This document shows, in pieces, positions 48,318 through 59,215 of a DNA stretch of 64,000 bases. Both the position numbers and the translations under genes were made by a program. The notes under the pieces were generated by a model. It ran no database searches. It worked only from the letters and a program-made list of their open reading frames with translations, and was not told where the DNA came from. The stretch's first letter is position 1. Every line of letters starts with the position of its first letter. Source of the stretch: Candidatus Bipolaricaulota bacterium (GTDB taxonomy: Bacteria; Bipolaricaulota; Bipolaricaulia; UBA7950; UBA9294); NCBI GenBank assembly GCA_018817505.1, contig JAHITR010000083.1, positions 52 to 64,051 on the forward strand, written 5' to 3'.

Positions 48318-48890
48318 TTAGATTTCGTTGTCTCTGACCATTCCAACAAAATACTCATGAATGCGCGTGTCATCCGTGAGTTCTGGATGAAAACTGGCCA
48401 CAAGAATGCTCGCTTCTCGCGCCATCACGCATTGTCCTTTGTAACTCGCCATCGGCCGCACAGTTGGCCCGTAGCGGGTAATGTAAGGTGCACGGATGAA
48501 AACTGCGGGCACGTCGTTGCCAATGTCTTCAATGTCAAGGAACGTTTCAAAGCTATCCACTTGCCGTCCGGAGGCATTCCGAGAGACGGTGATGTCAATC
48601 CGCCCGATGTGCCCTGATTGCCGTCCTTCAATACCCGTTGCCAGCAGAATCATGCCCGCACAGGTCCCGAACATGGGGAACCCCGAGCTCGCCATGGTTC
48701 GCAAGCGGCTCATGAACCCATCGCTTGCCAACAGCGAGATGGCTGTAGATTCCCCGCCAGGAAGAATCAGCCCGTCGAGCCCGTCGAGCCCGTCTGTTGT
48801 CTTAACCACGCGCGATTCAATGCCCAAACGACTCAAACTGGCGACATGCTCGCGTACGGCTCCCTGGAGCCCCAACACACCCACGATCAT
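48318..48890 (-). CDS. pdxT: pyridoxal 5'-phosphate synthase glutaminase subunit
   Basis: Class I GATase. GTCAGMILLA catalytic Cys. Confidence 0.85.
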   Translation of the reverse strand: MIVGVLGLQGAVREHVASLSRLGIESRVVKTTDGLDGLDGLILPGGESTAISLLASDGFMSRLRTMASSGFPMFGTCAGMILLATGIEGRQSGHIGRIDITVSRNASGRQVDSFETFLDIEDIGNDVPAVFIRAPYITRYGPTVRPMASYKGQCVMAREASILVASFHPELTDDTRIHEYFVGMVRDNEI

Positions 48891-48892
48891 GT

Positions 48893-49786
48893 TTACTGTC
48901 CGCGGTTCTGCATCATCTCGTGTTCGGGGATCGTATCAATCGCAATTCCCGACATGGCCTCACCCAGACCTTCAGACACAGAAGCAATCTTCGCTGCATC
49001 GTTGAAATGGGTCGTCGCCTCGACAATGGCGCGCGCGCGCGTCGCTGGATCGCCAGACTTAAAGATGCCACTCCCGACAAAGATCCCGTCGCAACCCAAC
49101 TGCATCATCAATGCCGCATCAGCAGGCGTAGCAATACCGCCAGCGGCAAAATTGACGATTGGCAGCCGTCCGTGTTCGCGGATGGCCAACAGCATTTGAT
49201 AGGGGGCCCCGAGATCCTTGGCCATGGTCATGAGCTCTTCTTCTGGAGCCGCAATGACTTCGCGAATCTGTTCGTTCATCATTCGCATATGCCGGACGGC
49301 TTCGATGACATTGCCTGTGCCTGGCTCTCCCTTGGTGCGGATCATCGCGGCACCCTCAGCCAATCGGCGACAAGCTTCGCCCAGATTCCGTGCGCCACAA
49401 ATAAATGGAATGGTGAAGCCCCATTTGTTGATGTGATAGTCTGGATCCGCAGGCGTGAGCACCTCAGATTCGTCAATGTAGTCCACACCCAGCGACTCAA
49501 GAACCTGAGCTTCTACGAAATGTCCGATTCGGACCTTGGCCATCACCGGGATGGTCACTGCGTCCATGATTTCTTTGACCTTGGTCGGATCGGCCATGCG
49601 AGCGACGCCGCCCTGCGCGCGAATATCCGCAGGCACACGCTCCAGAGCCATGACGGCAACGGCACCGGCCGCTTCAGCAATCTTTGCTTGCTCAGCAGTG
49701 GTCACGTCCATAATCACGCCACCCTTGAGCATTTCAGCCAAACCACTCTTGACGCGATACGTTCCCTTCTTGTCCATCGCGTTCAC
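48893..49786 (-). CDS. pdxS: pyridoxal 5'-phosphate synthase lyase subunit
   Basis: PdxS (SNZ) family (GGVIMDV..., KVRIGH...). Confidence 0.9.
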   Translation of the reverse strand: MNAMDKKGTYRVKSGLAEMLKGGVIMDVTTAEQAKIAEAAGAVAVMALERVPADIRAQGGVARMADPTKVKEIMDAVTIPVMAKVRIGHFVEAQVLESLGVDYIDESEVLTPADPDYHINKWGFTIPFICGARNLGEACRRLAEGAAMIRTKGEPGTGNVIEAVRHMRMMNEQIREVIAAPEEELMTMAKDLGAPYQMLLAIREHGRLPIVNFAAGGIATPADAALMMQLGCDGIFVGSGIFKSGDPATRARAIVEATTHFNDAAKIASVSEGLGEAMSGIAIDTIPEHEMMQNRGQ

Positions 49787-49874
49787 CCCTAGTGAAACAT
49801 GAATTTCGGGCCGATTATACCGAGCGACAGGAATGCGCGAAAGGGGAAAAACGACTACTCAACGAGCAATGGGC

Positions 49875-50699
49875 TCAGTTGTCCTTGATCCGCTGATCCG
49901 CATCCGCCCAGTTGAGCTTCTCATTCAACACGTGAAAGAATGGAGGGGAATCCGCCAATCGGATCAGATATGTGGGGATCTCGGCTCGACGAACGACCAT
50001 CTCCGTGCCCATGGGCAAATGGGAGATATAGTCACCGTCTGCGAACAATCGAACTTCCGTCTTGGCGACCACGCGAATGACTTCGTCAGGCGGGAAGATC
50101 ACCGGGCGCAGTCCCAATTTGTGTGCGGCGTGGGGCGTCGCCAGGATGCAGGCCGCCGGGGGCACAATCACTGGCCCCCCTGCTGAAAGGCTATAGGCTG
50201 TCGACCCGGTGGCTGTGGCCAGAATGATGCCATCTCCTGGGAAAGCTGCGACCACACCGTCGCCCCACGACAGTTCAATCTCGCAGAATGGCGATTCCTT
50301 CACGCCGGTAATGACGATGTCATTGAGCACGGTCCCTTCGACATCCGCTGCTCGATACGAAAGCCGCATTCGCTCTTCGATCAAGAATTGGTCACCCAAC
50401 AGCTTGTTCATGACATCGGGAAGATCTCCAATCGTCGCCTGCGTAAGGAAGCCCAGGCTTCCCAAATTGATTCCCAAGATTGGAATTGCTGTGTGGGAGA
50501 AGAAGTCAGCCGCACGCAGAACCGTTCCGTCTCCACCCAGGGCAAGGACGACAGCGCTCTCGTCATCGCCGGAAAACGGCGCCGTGATGGGGACGGCATC
50601 GATATGATGCTGTTGGCACCAAAGCTTCAAATCGGCCAGCGTCTGCAGTGCTCGGGGCTTGGTCGTGTTGGCGACGAGAAAAATGCGGGCGACATTCAT
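49875..50699 (-). CDS. nadK: NAD+ kinase
   Basis: GGDGTVL motif. About 274 aa. Confidence 0.85.
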   Translation of the reverse strand: MNVARIFLVANTTKPRALQTLADLKLWCQQHHIDAVPITAPFSGDDESAVVLALGGDGTVLRAADFFSHTAIPILGINLGSLGFLTQATIGDLPDVMNKLLGDQFLIEERMRLSYRAADVEGTVLNDIVITGVKESPFCEIELSWGDGVVAAFPGDGIILATATGSTAYSLSAGGPVIVPPAACILATPHAAHKLGLRPVIFPPDEVIRVVAKTEVRLFADGDYISHLPMGTEMVVRRAEIPTYLIRLADSPPFFHVLNEKLNWADADQRIKDN

Positions 50700-50730
50700 G
50701 CCCGCATGGTAGCGACCAATCTAATCCTCA

Positions 50731-51564
50731 TCAAGAAGGCTTGCCGCTGACGTACTTCCATCGACAGACAATGCGTTCAATCACGTCGATCACGATGTAT
50801 AGGCTGAACCCCAGCAAGGCCATCGCCAAAATGCCCGCAAACGCCTGCGGCGGGGAGTAGATATTCGAATCGATGAATGACCCCAATCCCCCACGGCGCG
50901 GGTCAAACGATCCCGTCGTTTCCGCAATGAAAAGAAAAGCCATCCCTAGACCCACGCTCACGCGCAAGCTGGTCAATATGGACGGCAATGTCGCAGGAAG
51001 TACGACGTGACGGTAAATTTGCCACCACGATGCCCCAGCAGATCTCACGCTGGTGATGTGCTCGAATTCAATCAGCTTGGCTGCTCCTCGAGCAGAAACG
51101 AGGATCTGAAAGAACAGCGCGCTGGTGACAATGGCGACCTTGACTGGATTGCCCAGTCCGAAAATAAGAAACAGCGGCAAAATGAAAGCCACCTGAGGAA
51201 TGGGATAGATGATAAAGATCATCGGCGAGACCAATTGATCGAGTCGCCGCTCATGGCCAATGAGCAACCCAAGCGGATATCCCAAAGTGAAGGCAATGGA
51301 AATGGCAAGGACGAGCCGCCATGCACTGACCCAAAAATTGCGAAACAGCGACGGCCCTAGCCGCCACATTTCATGGATGGCATGGACGGGATTGGGAAGA
51401 AACGCTCGATCCTTGACGACTTCGACAAGCGCACTCACACCCCACCAGGCAAGCAGCAACACACCGATGCTCACCAGATAGCGCACGATATGCCAGGCCA
51501 CCGTGCGGCTTCGAAAGACCCGCAGGATTCGGTTCAGTCGAGAAGGCGCCTGAGGATCGATCAT
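50731..51564 (-). CDS. ABC transporter permease (NitT/TauT family)
   Basis: Binding-protein-dependent inner membrane component fold. Confidence 0.7.
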   Translation of the reverse strand: MIDPQAPSRLNRILRVFRSRTVAWHIVRYLVSIGVLLLAWWGVSALVEVVKDRAFLPNPVHAIHEMWRLGPSLFRNFWVSAWRLVLAISIAFTLGYPLGLLIGHERRLDQLVSPMIFIIYPIPQVAFILPLFLIFGLGNPVKVAIVTSALFFQILVSARGAAKLIEFEHITSVRSAGASWWQIYRHVVLPATLPSILTSLRVSVGLGMAFLFIAETTGSFDPRRGGLGSFIDSNIYSPPQAFAGILAMALLGFSLYIVIDVIERIVCRWKYVSGKPS

Positions 51565-52292
51565 GATTCCAGTGCCTCCCGGAGTTGTCTGACTTTCTTC
51601 ATGAACGTTTCGGTTCCCCGATAGGCGAGTTCGCCCATGTCTGCATTCTCAATCACGGCCTTCACGCGCGCCGGACGTTCCGTCAACACAACGATCCGTT
51701 GTCCAAGGAATGCTGCCTCCTCAATATCGTGTGTCACCAAGACTTGTGAGAATTGATGCCGCTTCCACAGCTCAAGGAACAAATCCTGAATGCGCTCCTT
51801 GGTTAGCGTGTCCAAGGACGCGAGCGGTTCATCCATCAACATCACCGAGGGAGACGTGGACAAAGCTCGTGCGATGCCAACTCGCCGCTTCATGCCCTCG
51901 GACAGCTCAGAAGGGAATCGGTTTTTGGCACCCGCCAGCCCAAGGTCCTCCAGCACTGCGTCAGCGCTGTTGGCTGGGAATTCCTTGTGGAGAAGCAAAC
52001 TGAGATTGGCGTTTTGCAGCACGGTTTTCCATGGCAGAAGCCCAGCATTTTGAAGGATGAGGGCGACCTCCTTGCGGGGTCCAAGTACAGGAGCGTCTCC
52101 TACTTCAATCGTCCCCGCTACTGGACGATGTAGCCCAGCCACCGAAAACAGCAACGTCGTCTTCCCGCAACCTGAAGGCCCAACCAGTGCGAGGCTTTCG
52201 CCTTTTCCGATCTCAAGAGAGATGTTCTCCACAGCGCGAACGCTCTTGTCTCCCCGCCCATAGTCCACGGTGACGTTGCGAATGGAAATCAT
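51561..52292 (-). CDS. ABC transporter ATP-binding protein (NitT/TauT family)
   Basis: Walker A GPSGCGKTTLL, signature LSEGMKRRV. Start at MISIRNV removes the overlap with the SBP gene. Confidence 0.75.
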   Translation of the reverse strand: MISIRNVTVDYGRGDKSVRAVENISLEIGKGESLALVGPSGCGKTTLLFSVAGLHRPVAGTIEVGDAPVLGPRKEVALILQNAGLLPWKTVLQNANLSLLLHKEFPANSADAVLEDLGLAGAKNRFPSELSEGMKRRVGIARALSTSPSVMLMDEPLASLDTLTKERIQDLFLELWKRHQFSQVLVTHDIEEAAFLGQRIVVLTERPARVKAVIENADMGELAYRGTETFMKKVRQLREALES

Positions 52293-53299
52293 GGGATGAA
52301 TTGGAAATCGACCACGTCTTCGAACGCGGGCGCCGCAGGATAGACGTAAGCCTTTCCGTGCATCCATTGCCCGACGGAGTCGTACAGCTCCTGCGTGAGC
52401 GCGAACGGCATCTCGTAATAGGGGATCGTCAGCTCATCCAGCACTTCCTGGTTGATTGTCGTTCGATCCGCCCCCTGGAAGAAAAGTCCAAGCGCGATAT
52501 CAATTCCCTCGTCAATCAGCACGTCTCGTGGCGTGCTATTGATGCGCTCCAGAGCCTCGATATAGGCCGCATAGAATGCCTCGACAGCCTCTGGATAACT
52601 CTGCGCATAGGACGATCGAAATACGACCAGCGTGGGCAGAGGTCCGAGGTCTGACAGGTCCACGAGGATGTTCAGCGCAATCGGGGCGCGGTCTGGGGGA
52701 TGGTAAGTAGAAATGTAGGAGATGTAGGGCTCGGGAAGCATGGCTGACGGAATCGTTTGAGCGCCAAACCAAACTGCCATTTGCAGCATGTCATTGAAAT
52801 ACATCGTGCGAACAGCGTTCGCTTCGTGCCCCAATGTCTCTGAAAGATACTGATCGAGCACGTATTCGTAGTCCGAGCGATAGATCGTCCCGATGGCCAC
52901 TCCCGCGCTGATCAGAGCATCGAACGTCTGGTAGCGATACGAAGCGGGAGACAGAAGAGCTAGCCCAATGCTGTCAGTTTGAGAGCGAAGGGATGCGGCG
53001 CTGGTAATCAGAACGTCAGAACCGATGGAGGCATCGTAGATTGCTCGAGTCACGTCCGCGAATAGACCATCAATCTGATTGGCCGAGAATGCAATGCTTC
53101 GCTGTTGATTGTCGGTGATTCCAACAAGCTCGACATCCACTCCGTGGGCATCAAACAACCCCCACGCATCAGCAAAAGCAATGGGCAATGCCTCAAGCAC
53201 AGGAGGTAAACTGAATCGCAGTTTAGGCAGGCTATCCCCCAATACAGCCATCGAAAAAACGACCAAACAAATGGCCACCACTGCGGAAGTTCGTTTCAT
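52289..53299 (-). CDS. ABC transporter substrate-binding protein (NMT1/THI5-like)
   Basis: Signal peptide and periplasmic-binding fold. TTGGTC-N17-TATAAT promoter and GAGGGGG SD upstream. No TPP riboswitch-like CUGAGA element seen. Confidence 0.6.
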   Translation of the reverse strand: MKRTSAVVAICLVVFSMAVLGDSLPKLRFSLPPVLEALPIAFADAWGLFDAHGVDVELVGITDNQQRSIAFSANQIDGLFADVTRAIYDASIGSDVLITSAASLRSQTDSIGLALLSPASYRYQTFDALISAGVAIGTIYRSDYEYVLDQYLSETLGHEANAVRTMYFNDMLQMAVWFGAQTIPSAMLPEPYISYISTYHPPDRAPIALNILVDLSDLGPLPTLVVFRSSYAQSYPEAVEAFYAAYIEALERINSTPRDVLIDEGIDIALGLFFQGADRTTINQEVLDELTIPYYEMPFALTQELYDSVGQWMHGKAYVYPAAPAFEDVVDFQFIP

Positions 53300-53445
53300 C
53301 TTGCCCCCTCACCAAGGATCAAATCGCTGCAAGATTATAGCCGCCGTACGGCCATCGACCAATGATGGTCTGTTTTTCCATTCCCCTAGGCGTTTGGCTC
53401 CGATTCCTTTCTCCGTTCAATCGGATCGAGTATGATCACCGTTCT

Positions 53446-55179
53446 ATGGACAGGCTGTCTACTTGGTTGTGGCGCTACAAAGGAAGAGTTCTCGCGGGGT
53501 TAGTCTCAGTCCTATTCGTCAATACTGGAACAATCCTCGTTCCGCTCGTGATTCGTACGGCCATCGATGATCTCACTCGAGGTGAAGGCAACCTTCTTGC
53601 CAGTGGGTTGAAAATCGTCGGTCTCGCGCTCGTGGTCATGGTGTTTCGATTCTTCTGGCGCTATTTCTTTATCGGCACGTCACGACGTATCGAGCGCGCC
53701 CTTCGCTCAAAGCTCTACAACCACTATCTCAGCTTGTCAGCTTCCTTCTACAATGAGAAGAAGACCGGAGACTTGATGGCGCACGCCACCAATGACATCG
53801 ATGCTGTCCAACGGGCGTGTGGGTTTGGACTTCTCACCATTATCGATCCTCTTTTCATCATCCCGATTTCAGTCGCCATCATGATCAGCATTGACCCCCG
53901 GCTCACGTTGTACGCTGTGCTGCCCCTTCCCATATTGACCGTGTTCATGCTCGGGTTCGGACGCGCCATCCATCATCGCTTTGAGATCCTGCAGGCGTCG
54001 TACTCCGCGCTGATGGAGAAAGTCCGTGAGAATATCGCTGGAATCCGCGTCTTGAAGTCGTTCGTTCAAGAGACGGGAACTGCGGATGATTTCGCGCAAT
54101 CGAATGCACAATATTTGCGGAAGAATATGGCCCTTGTACGCATTGACGGGCTCTTTCATCCGTTCATTGAACTGATGTCGGGTGCAACGCTGGCGATCGT
54201 CCTATGGATTGGCGGCATCTCGGTGATTCGAAGCAGCATTTCACTGGGAGACTTCGTGGCGTTCACGCAGTACCTGTCGATGCTCGTCTGGCCGATGATC
54301 TCCCTGGGATGGGCCGTCAACTTGCTGCAGCGCGGCAAGGCTTCTTTGGGACGAATCAATCAGCTCTTCAGTCAGGAACCTGAGATTGCCAATCCCATCA
54401 AGCCTCGTTCGCTTTCAGGAACACGCATCGATATTCGAAATCTGACGTTCGCCTATCCAACAGCCGAAGGACGGAGCGACACGCCTGCCTTGTCTGACCT
54501 TCAACTGACCATCGAACAGGGCACAACGCTGGGAGTTGTCGGACTCACCGGTGCGGGCAAGTCGACGCTGGCCCATTTGATCCCAAGAATCTTCGATCCA
54601 CCGGTGGGAACAGTGTGCATTGGCGGGATTGATATTCGTGATATTGACATGGCCAAGCTTCGAGGTTCCATTGGCTTTGTGCCCCAGGATCCGTTCTTGT
54701 TCTCAGCGACCATTGCCGAGAATATCGCGTTTGGCAATCCGCTGGCGTCGGACGAACAGATTCGAGAGGCAGCAAGACAAGCAGGGATTCACGACGAGAT
54801 CATAGAATTCCCCGAGGGATATGACACCACAGTCGGCGAGCGCGGAATCTCGCTGTCTGGAGGCCAGAAACAGCGCGTAGCCATCGCTCGAGCGCTGCTC
54901 CTCGATCCACAGATCGTCGTATTTGATGACCCGCTATCTGCAGTCGACGCAGAGCGCGAGGAATTCATTCTCGGCTCCTTGCGCGAATTCTTCCGCGAGC
55001 GAACCTGCATCATCGTCGCCCATCGTCTGTCAGCAGTTATGAATGCCGACCGAACCGTCGTGCTGGACAGAGGGCGCATCGTCGAGCAAGGCACGCATGC
55101 ACAACTTGTCGCCCAAGGCGGCATCTATAGCCGCATCTGGCAACTGCAACAGGCTGAGAAACAGGTGACCCCATCATGA
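53446..55179 (+). CDS. ABC exporter, fused permease/ATPase subunit A
   Basis: 6-TM domain plus NBD (Walker A GLTGAGKST, LSGGQKQR). Start at MDRLSTWLWR. Confidence 0.8.
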   Translation: MDRLSTWLWRYKGRVLAGLVSVLFVNTGTILVPLVIRTAIDDLTRGEGNLLASGLKIVGLALVVMVFRFFWRYFFIGTSRRIERALRSKLYNHYLSLSASFYNEKKTGDLMAHATNDIDAVQRACGFGLLTIIDPLFIIPISVAIMISIDPRLTLYAVLPLPILTVFMLGFGRAIHHRFEILQASYSALMEKVRENIAGIRVLKSFVQETGTADDFAQSNAQYLRKNMALVRIDGLFHPFIELMSGATLAIVLWIGGISVIRSSISLGDFVAFTQYLSMLVWPMISLGWAVNLLQRGKASLGRINQLFSQEPEIANPIKPRSLSGTRIDIRNLTFAYPTAEGRSDTPALSDLQLTIEQGTTLGVVGLTGAGKSTLAHLIPRIFDPPVGTVCIGGIDIRDIDMAKLRGSIGFVPQDPFLFSATIAENIAFGNPLASDEQIREAARQAGIHDEIIEFPEGYDTTVGERGISLSGGQKQRVAIARALLLDPQIVVFDDPLSAVDAEREEFILGSLREFFRERTCIIVAHRLSAVMNADRTVVLDRGRIVEQGTHAQLVAQGGIYSRIWQLQQAEKQVTPS

Positions 55180-57263
55180 GCGACCACTTCCAGGGCGACG
55201 AGATTCTTGGGAAGGCGTTCGATGCCCAATTGATGCGCCGCTTGTTGCGCTTTCTCAAACCGTATCACGTGTTGTTCGTCGTATGCGTTCTATTGACCAT
55301 TGGATTGGCTGGAATTCAGTTGGTCATCCCCTACTTCACAAAGACAGCCATCGACAGCTTCATGACCTTGCCGCATTCTATTGTCCAGCTTGCCGAGGCA
55401 CCGACTGAAGGATTCCCGATTGATCTTGGAAACGGCAAATACTTGGTCGAGACATTGAACGTGTCTGCTGAAGCGCGCCGCGAATGGGAAGACGCCAATG
55501 CGCTGTCTGTCGAGCGCTACCTATTCATTTCCAAAACCTCGCGAAACGCCGACTATCCAGAGCGATTCCCAGACCTATTCACGCCAGTTCCCAGCGGCTG
55601 GATCGCATCCGATGCCGATCTAGGGAAGCTGCCGATCGACGAATTGGAGGCCCTGCGAGGCACGTCCATTGCCGGCATCATACGGCTGGCACTCATGTTC
55701 TTGCTGGCACTGCTTGCACAGTTCGTGTTCGGTGTCTTCCAGGTGTACTTGCTGCAATATACGGGGCAACGCGTGATGTACGACATGCGGCAAGAGATCT
55801 TCGCGCACGTGCTTCGACTTCCCCTCAAATTCTTCGACCATGCCCCGGTGGGAAGACTGGTGACCCGAGTCACCAGCGACGTGCAAGCGATCAACGAGAT
55901 GTTCACCTCGATGTTGGTGAATTTGTTCCGCGATGCCTTCCTCATTTTCGGCATCATGGTCGTCATCTTTCGCTTGGATTGGCGATTGGCTCTGGCGATC
56001 TTCGCCTTCTTCCCTGTGATCGTGTTCGCCGCATGGCAGTTCCGTAACCGAGTTCGAACGGCGTACCGCGAAGTGCGCAAGCAAATCGCCCGCTTGAACG
56101 CCTATCTCCAGGAATCCATTTCCGGCATGCGGATCATCCAGGTGTTCGTCCAGGAACACAAAGCCAACGAGCGGTTCGACGAGATCAATCAGTCCAAATA
56201 TGTGGCGGATATGCGTCAGTTGATCACGTTCGCCGTGTTCCGCCCGTTGATGAGTTTCCTCAGCTCATTTGCCATCGCGCTGGTCATTTGGTATGGCGGA
56301 TTTAACGTTCTACGTGGGAGCCTATCATTGGGAGCGCTCACGGCATTCATTCAGTACGTGCGGATGTTGTTCGAGCCGGTTCTCCGCCTGTCTGAAGGAT
56401 ACAACGTCCTCCAGGGAGCGATGGCCTCCTCCGAGCGCATCTTCCGCCTACTGGATGAACCCCAGGAGGATCCCGGCCGCGGGATAACCCCTGAGTCATT
56501 CCGGGCAAGGATCGAATTCAAAGACGTCTGGTTCGCTTATGACAACGAAGATTGGATCCTGAAGGGCGTTTCGTTCATCGCAGAGCCGGGGCAACATGTG
56601 GCCATAGTTGGCCCCACAGGGTCCGGGAAGACAACCATCATCCGCATCCTTCTGCGCATGTACCCTATCCAAAAGGGGCAAATCCTGATCGATGGCGTCC
56701 CTCTTGAAGAGTTTGATCTGTCCTATCTCCGAGCCCAGATGGCCGTCGTGCTGCAAGACGTGTTCATGTTCTCAGGTGACATCATGGACAACATCAAACT
56801 GCGATCGGCGATCCCAGAGGAAACGGCAATGGAGGCTGCCAGATTCGTGAATGCAGATTTTGTCGAAGCGCTTCCCGATGGCTATCACACCGAAGTGAAG
56901 GAACGCGGAGTCACCCTATCTGTCGGCGAACGGCAGTTATTGTCATTCGCACGCGCGGTCGCATTTAATCCCAAGATTCTCGTCTTGGACGAGGCAACAG
57001 CGAGCATTGATTCACATACAGAAAGCCTCATCCAGAATTCGCTGCGCAAAATCATGCAAGGACGAACATCGATTGTAATTGCGCATCGGTTGTCCACAAT
57101 TCGGGAGGCTGACAATATCATCGTTCTGCATCTTGGCAAGCTCCTAGAACAAGGAACACACGACGAGTTACTCGATCTAGGCGGGTTGTATGCGGCGCTT
57201 CACAATCTCCAGTTCTCCGAGTCCAGCACAGCTGGATTCGACGAGATGAGCATCGAGACATAG
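55176..57263 (+). CDS. ABC exporter, fused permease/ATPase subunit B with enlarged first extracytoplasmic loop
   Basis: NBD (GPTGSGKTT, LSVGERQ). About 100-aa insertion between TM1 and TM2. 4-nt overlap with subunit A. Confidence 0.8.
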   Translation: MSDHFQGDEILGKAFDAQLMRRLLRFLKPYHVLFVVCVLLTIGLAGIQLVIPYFTKTAIDSFMTLPHSIVQLAEAPTEGFPIDLGNGKYLVETLNVSAEARREWEDANALSVERYLFISKTSRNADYPERFPDLFTPVPSGWIASDADLGKLPIDELEALRGTSIAGIIRLALMFLLALLAQFVFGVFQVYLLQYTGQRVMYDMRQEIFAHVLRLPLKFFDHAPVGRLVTRVTSDVQAINEMFTSMLVNLFRDAFLIFGIMVVIFRLDWRLALAIFAFFPVIVFAAWQFRNRVRTAYREVRKQIARLNAYLQESISGMRIIQVFVQEHKANERFDEINQSKYVADMRQLITFAVFRPLMSFLSSFAIALVIWYGGFNVLRGSLSLGALTAFIQYVRMLFEPVLRLSEGYNVLQGAMASSERIFRLLDEPQEDPGRGITPESFRARIEFKDVWFAYDNEDWILKGVSFIAEPGQHVAIVGPTGSGKTTIIRILLRMYPIQKGQILIDGVPLEEFDLSYLRAQMAVVLQDVFMFSGDIMDNIKLRSAIPEETAMEAARFVNADFVEALPDGYHTEVKERGVTLSVGERQLLSFARAVAFNPKILVLDEATASIDSHTESLIQNSLRKIMQGRTSIVIAHRLSTIREADNIIVLHLGKLLEQGTHDELLDLGGLYAALHNLQFSESSTAGFDEMSIET

Positions 57264-57443
57264 AAGCCGCTTCTCGTGTTCCGAGAGAGTCGTCCTACGA
57301 TGCGTTCCTCGGCAGACCGGCATTTTAACCCACATTCACATGGCTTCTGTGGTAACGTCTGTCACATCCGAGCCCGACGCTCGTTCACTCGAAGCCCTTC
57401 CCATGCCCTACGCTGTCCAGCCGAATCAGGAGATCATGGAAGC

Positions 57444-59048
57444 ATGAATCGAGGAACAGGTCACACACACTCAGGGGCGCATCACTCGTTGGCGCGTTGT
57501 GGCGCGATCGCTGGTCTGTCCCTGAGTGTGCTTGTCCTTCTGACTGGCTGCATCTTCGCTCCCAACCTCCCGCCCACGGCTCGAATCCTGGCCGATGTGC
57601 TAGAGGGTCAGCCTCCGCTCACCGTTCAATTCGATGGCACCCAATCAACAGATGAGGACGGCATTGTCAGTAGCTATCAGTGGTCATTCGGCGAAGGCTT
57701 GCCCTCGCAAGCAATGCGCCCAAAACACGTCTACATGTTGCCCGGCGAATATACGGTCATGCTGACTGTGACCGACCACGACGGAGCTTCGAATTCCGCG
57801 GCCATCACAGTGAAGGTTATCGCGCCCAATTCGGCGCCAGTCGCCGTCTTCTCCTACACACCCACAGCTGTTCTCCCCCAAGAAACCGTCCAATTTGACG
57901 CTTCTGAATCTCTCGATGGAGACGGATGGATCACCACGTATCAATGGGAGTTTGGGGATGGCGCCGTAGCAGAAGGCCAGTCAGTGGATCATCCATACGC
58001 CACTCCTGGAAGCTACACCGTGGTTCTCCGTGTGGTCGATGACGATGGCGCTATCGGCACGCGGCAATCGGAGATTCTTGTCATTGATACCAACCAAGCG
58101 CCCCAGCCTCGGATTGAAGTGTCCTCCAAGGCCCTGGATCCCGGCGATTCCCTTCTCTGTAGTGCGAATGGATCATTCGATCCTGACGGCGAGATCGTGT
58201 CCTACGAGTGGGATTTTGGCGACGGAACGCGCACGCAAGGAACTCCAGCCAGCCATACTTACGCGGCAGAGGGCACCTATCGAGTGACGCTGACAGCGAC
58301 GGATGATCTGGGAGCCAAGCAAAGCGCAGTGCAAACCATCTCTGTGGGCACCCCAACTGCACCGCCTATTCCCGACCCCGATCCTTCGGATTCCATTTTG
58401 TGCAAGTACACATGGAACTACGGAGGGACACGATCTCTCTCGCTTTCGATCCCGCAAAGTCTTGCTGACTACTACCGGGGTCTGTCACGCGACGTATGGA
58501 GTGAGGACGGCTATTCACGATTCGTCCTTGACCCCAAAGATGATGCGCTCATGATCCAGCTTCGCGATGCCCTGCTCCTCAACAACAGCTATCAAGCCAC
58601 CATCGAGAACGCACTTGCGTTTGTCCAAAAAGCCGTTTCCTACCAACTTGACCCCGCAGGGTTTGAATACCCTCGCTATCCAGTAGAGACCCTCATTGAC
58701 CGCGTGGGCGACTGCGAAGACTCCGCAATTCTCTACGCCAGTATCGTCCGGACGTTTGGCTATAGCGCTGGCGCATTGCTGGTATCTGTAGACACAGATG
58801 GCGATCAAGTGATGGATCATATCGTCGTGTTCGTTCGTGTCGCCGATTGCTTCATCGAAGCGCACCCCGATCGCAGCTTGTGGACGATCTCGGGAAAGAC
58901 GTATGCATTCGCCGAGACAGCCATTTCCGGTGGATACTTGGCTTTGGGCATCGATCCGTGGGGGATTGAGCAGGAGGATATTCACGATATCTGGGATGTC
59001 GGGGGATCCACACACGCGCTCAACGCAACAAGGCTCATCGCACCCTAG
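57444..59048 (+). CDS. lipoprotein with three PKD repeats and C-terminal transglutaminase-like (Cys-His-Asp) domain
   Basis: Lipobox LLTGC. Three repeats of ~85 aa with PLTVQFDGTQSTDEDG.../ETVQFDASESLDGDG.../CSANGSFDPDGE... C-terminal GDCEDSAILYAS...DHIVVFV resembles a transglutaminase/papain-like core. AGGAGA SD. Confidence 0.55.
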   Translation: MNRGTGHTHSGAHHSLARCGAIAGLSLSVLVLLTGCIFAPNLPPTARILADVLEGQPPLTVQFDGTQSTDEDGIVSSYQWSFGEGLPSQAMRPKHVYMLPGEYTVMLTVTDHDGASNSAAITVKVIAPNSAPVAVFSYTPTAVLPQETVQFDASESLDGDGWITTYQWEFGDGAVAEGQSVDHPYATPGSYTVVLRVVDDDGAIGTRQSEILVIDTNQAPQPRIEVSSKALDPGDSLLCSANGSFDPDGEIVSYEWDFGDGTRTQGTPASHTYAAEGTYRVTLTATDDLGAKQSAVQTISVGTPTAPPIPDPDPSDSILCKYTWNYGGTRSLSLSIPQSLADYYRGLSRDVWSEDGYSRFVLDPKDDALMIQLRDALLLNNSYQATIENALAFVQKAVSYQLDPAGFEYPRYPVETLIDRVGDCEDSAILYASIVRTFGYSAGALLVSVDTDGDQVMDHIVVFVRVADCFIEAHPDRSLWTISGKTYAFAETAISGGYLALGIDPWGIEQEDIHDIWDVGGSTHALNATRLIAP

Positions 59049-59215
59049 AGCTTCTGTGCGCTACGCGAGGCGATTCAGGCCAATCGCGACACACTTCTCT
59101 GTGAAACGCAGTTGCAGCAGCCATCCAATAGCATCCAAGAAGCCCCGTTCAATCTATTCTTTGTAGGAAGAAAGGATACCGTGTAAAATAGACGCTGAAA
59201 CGAGGTGAACTCCCG

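Noticed and set aside
53300-53445. TPP riboswitch upstream of the NMT1/THI5-like binding protein
   Set aside because: The leader has a good promoter and SD but lacks the conserved CUGAGA/ACCUGAUCUGGAUAAUGCCAGCG core of THI elements.
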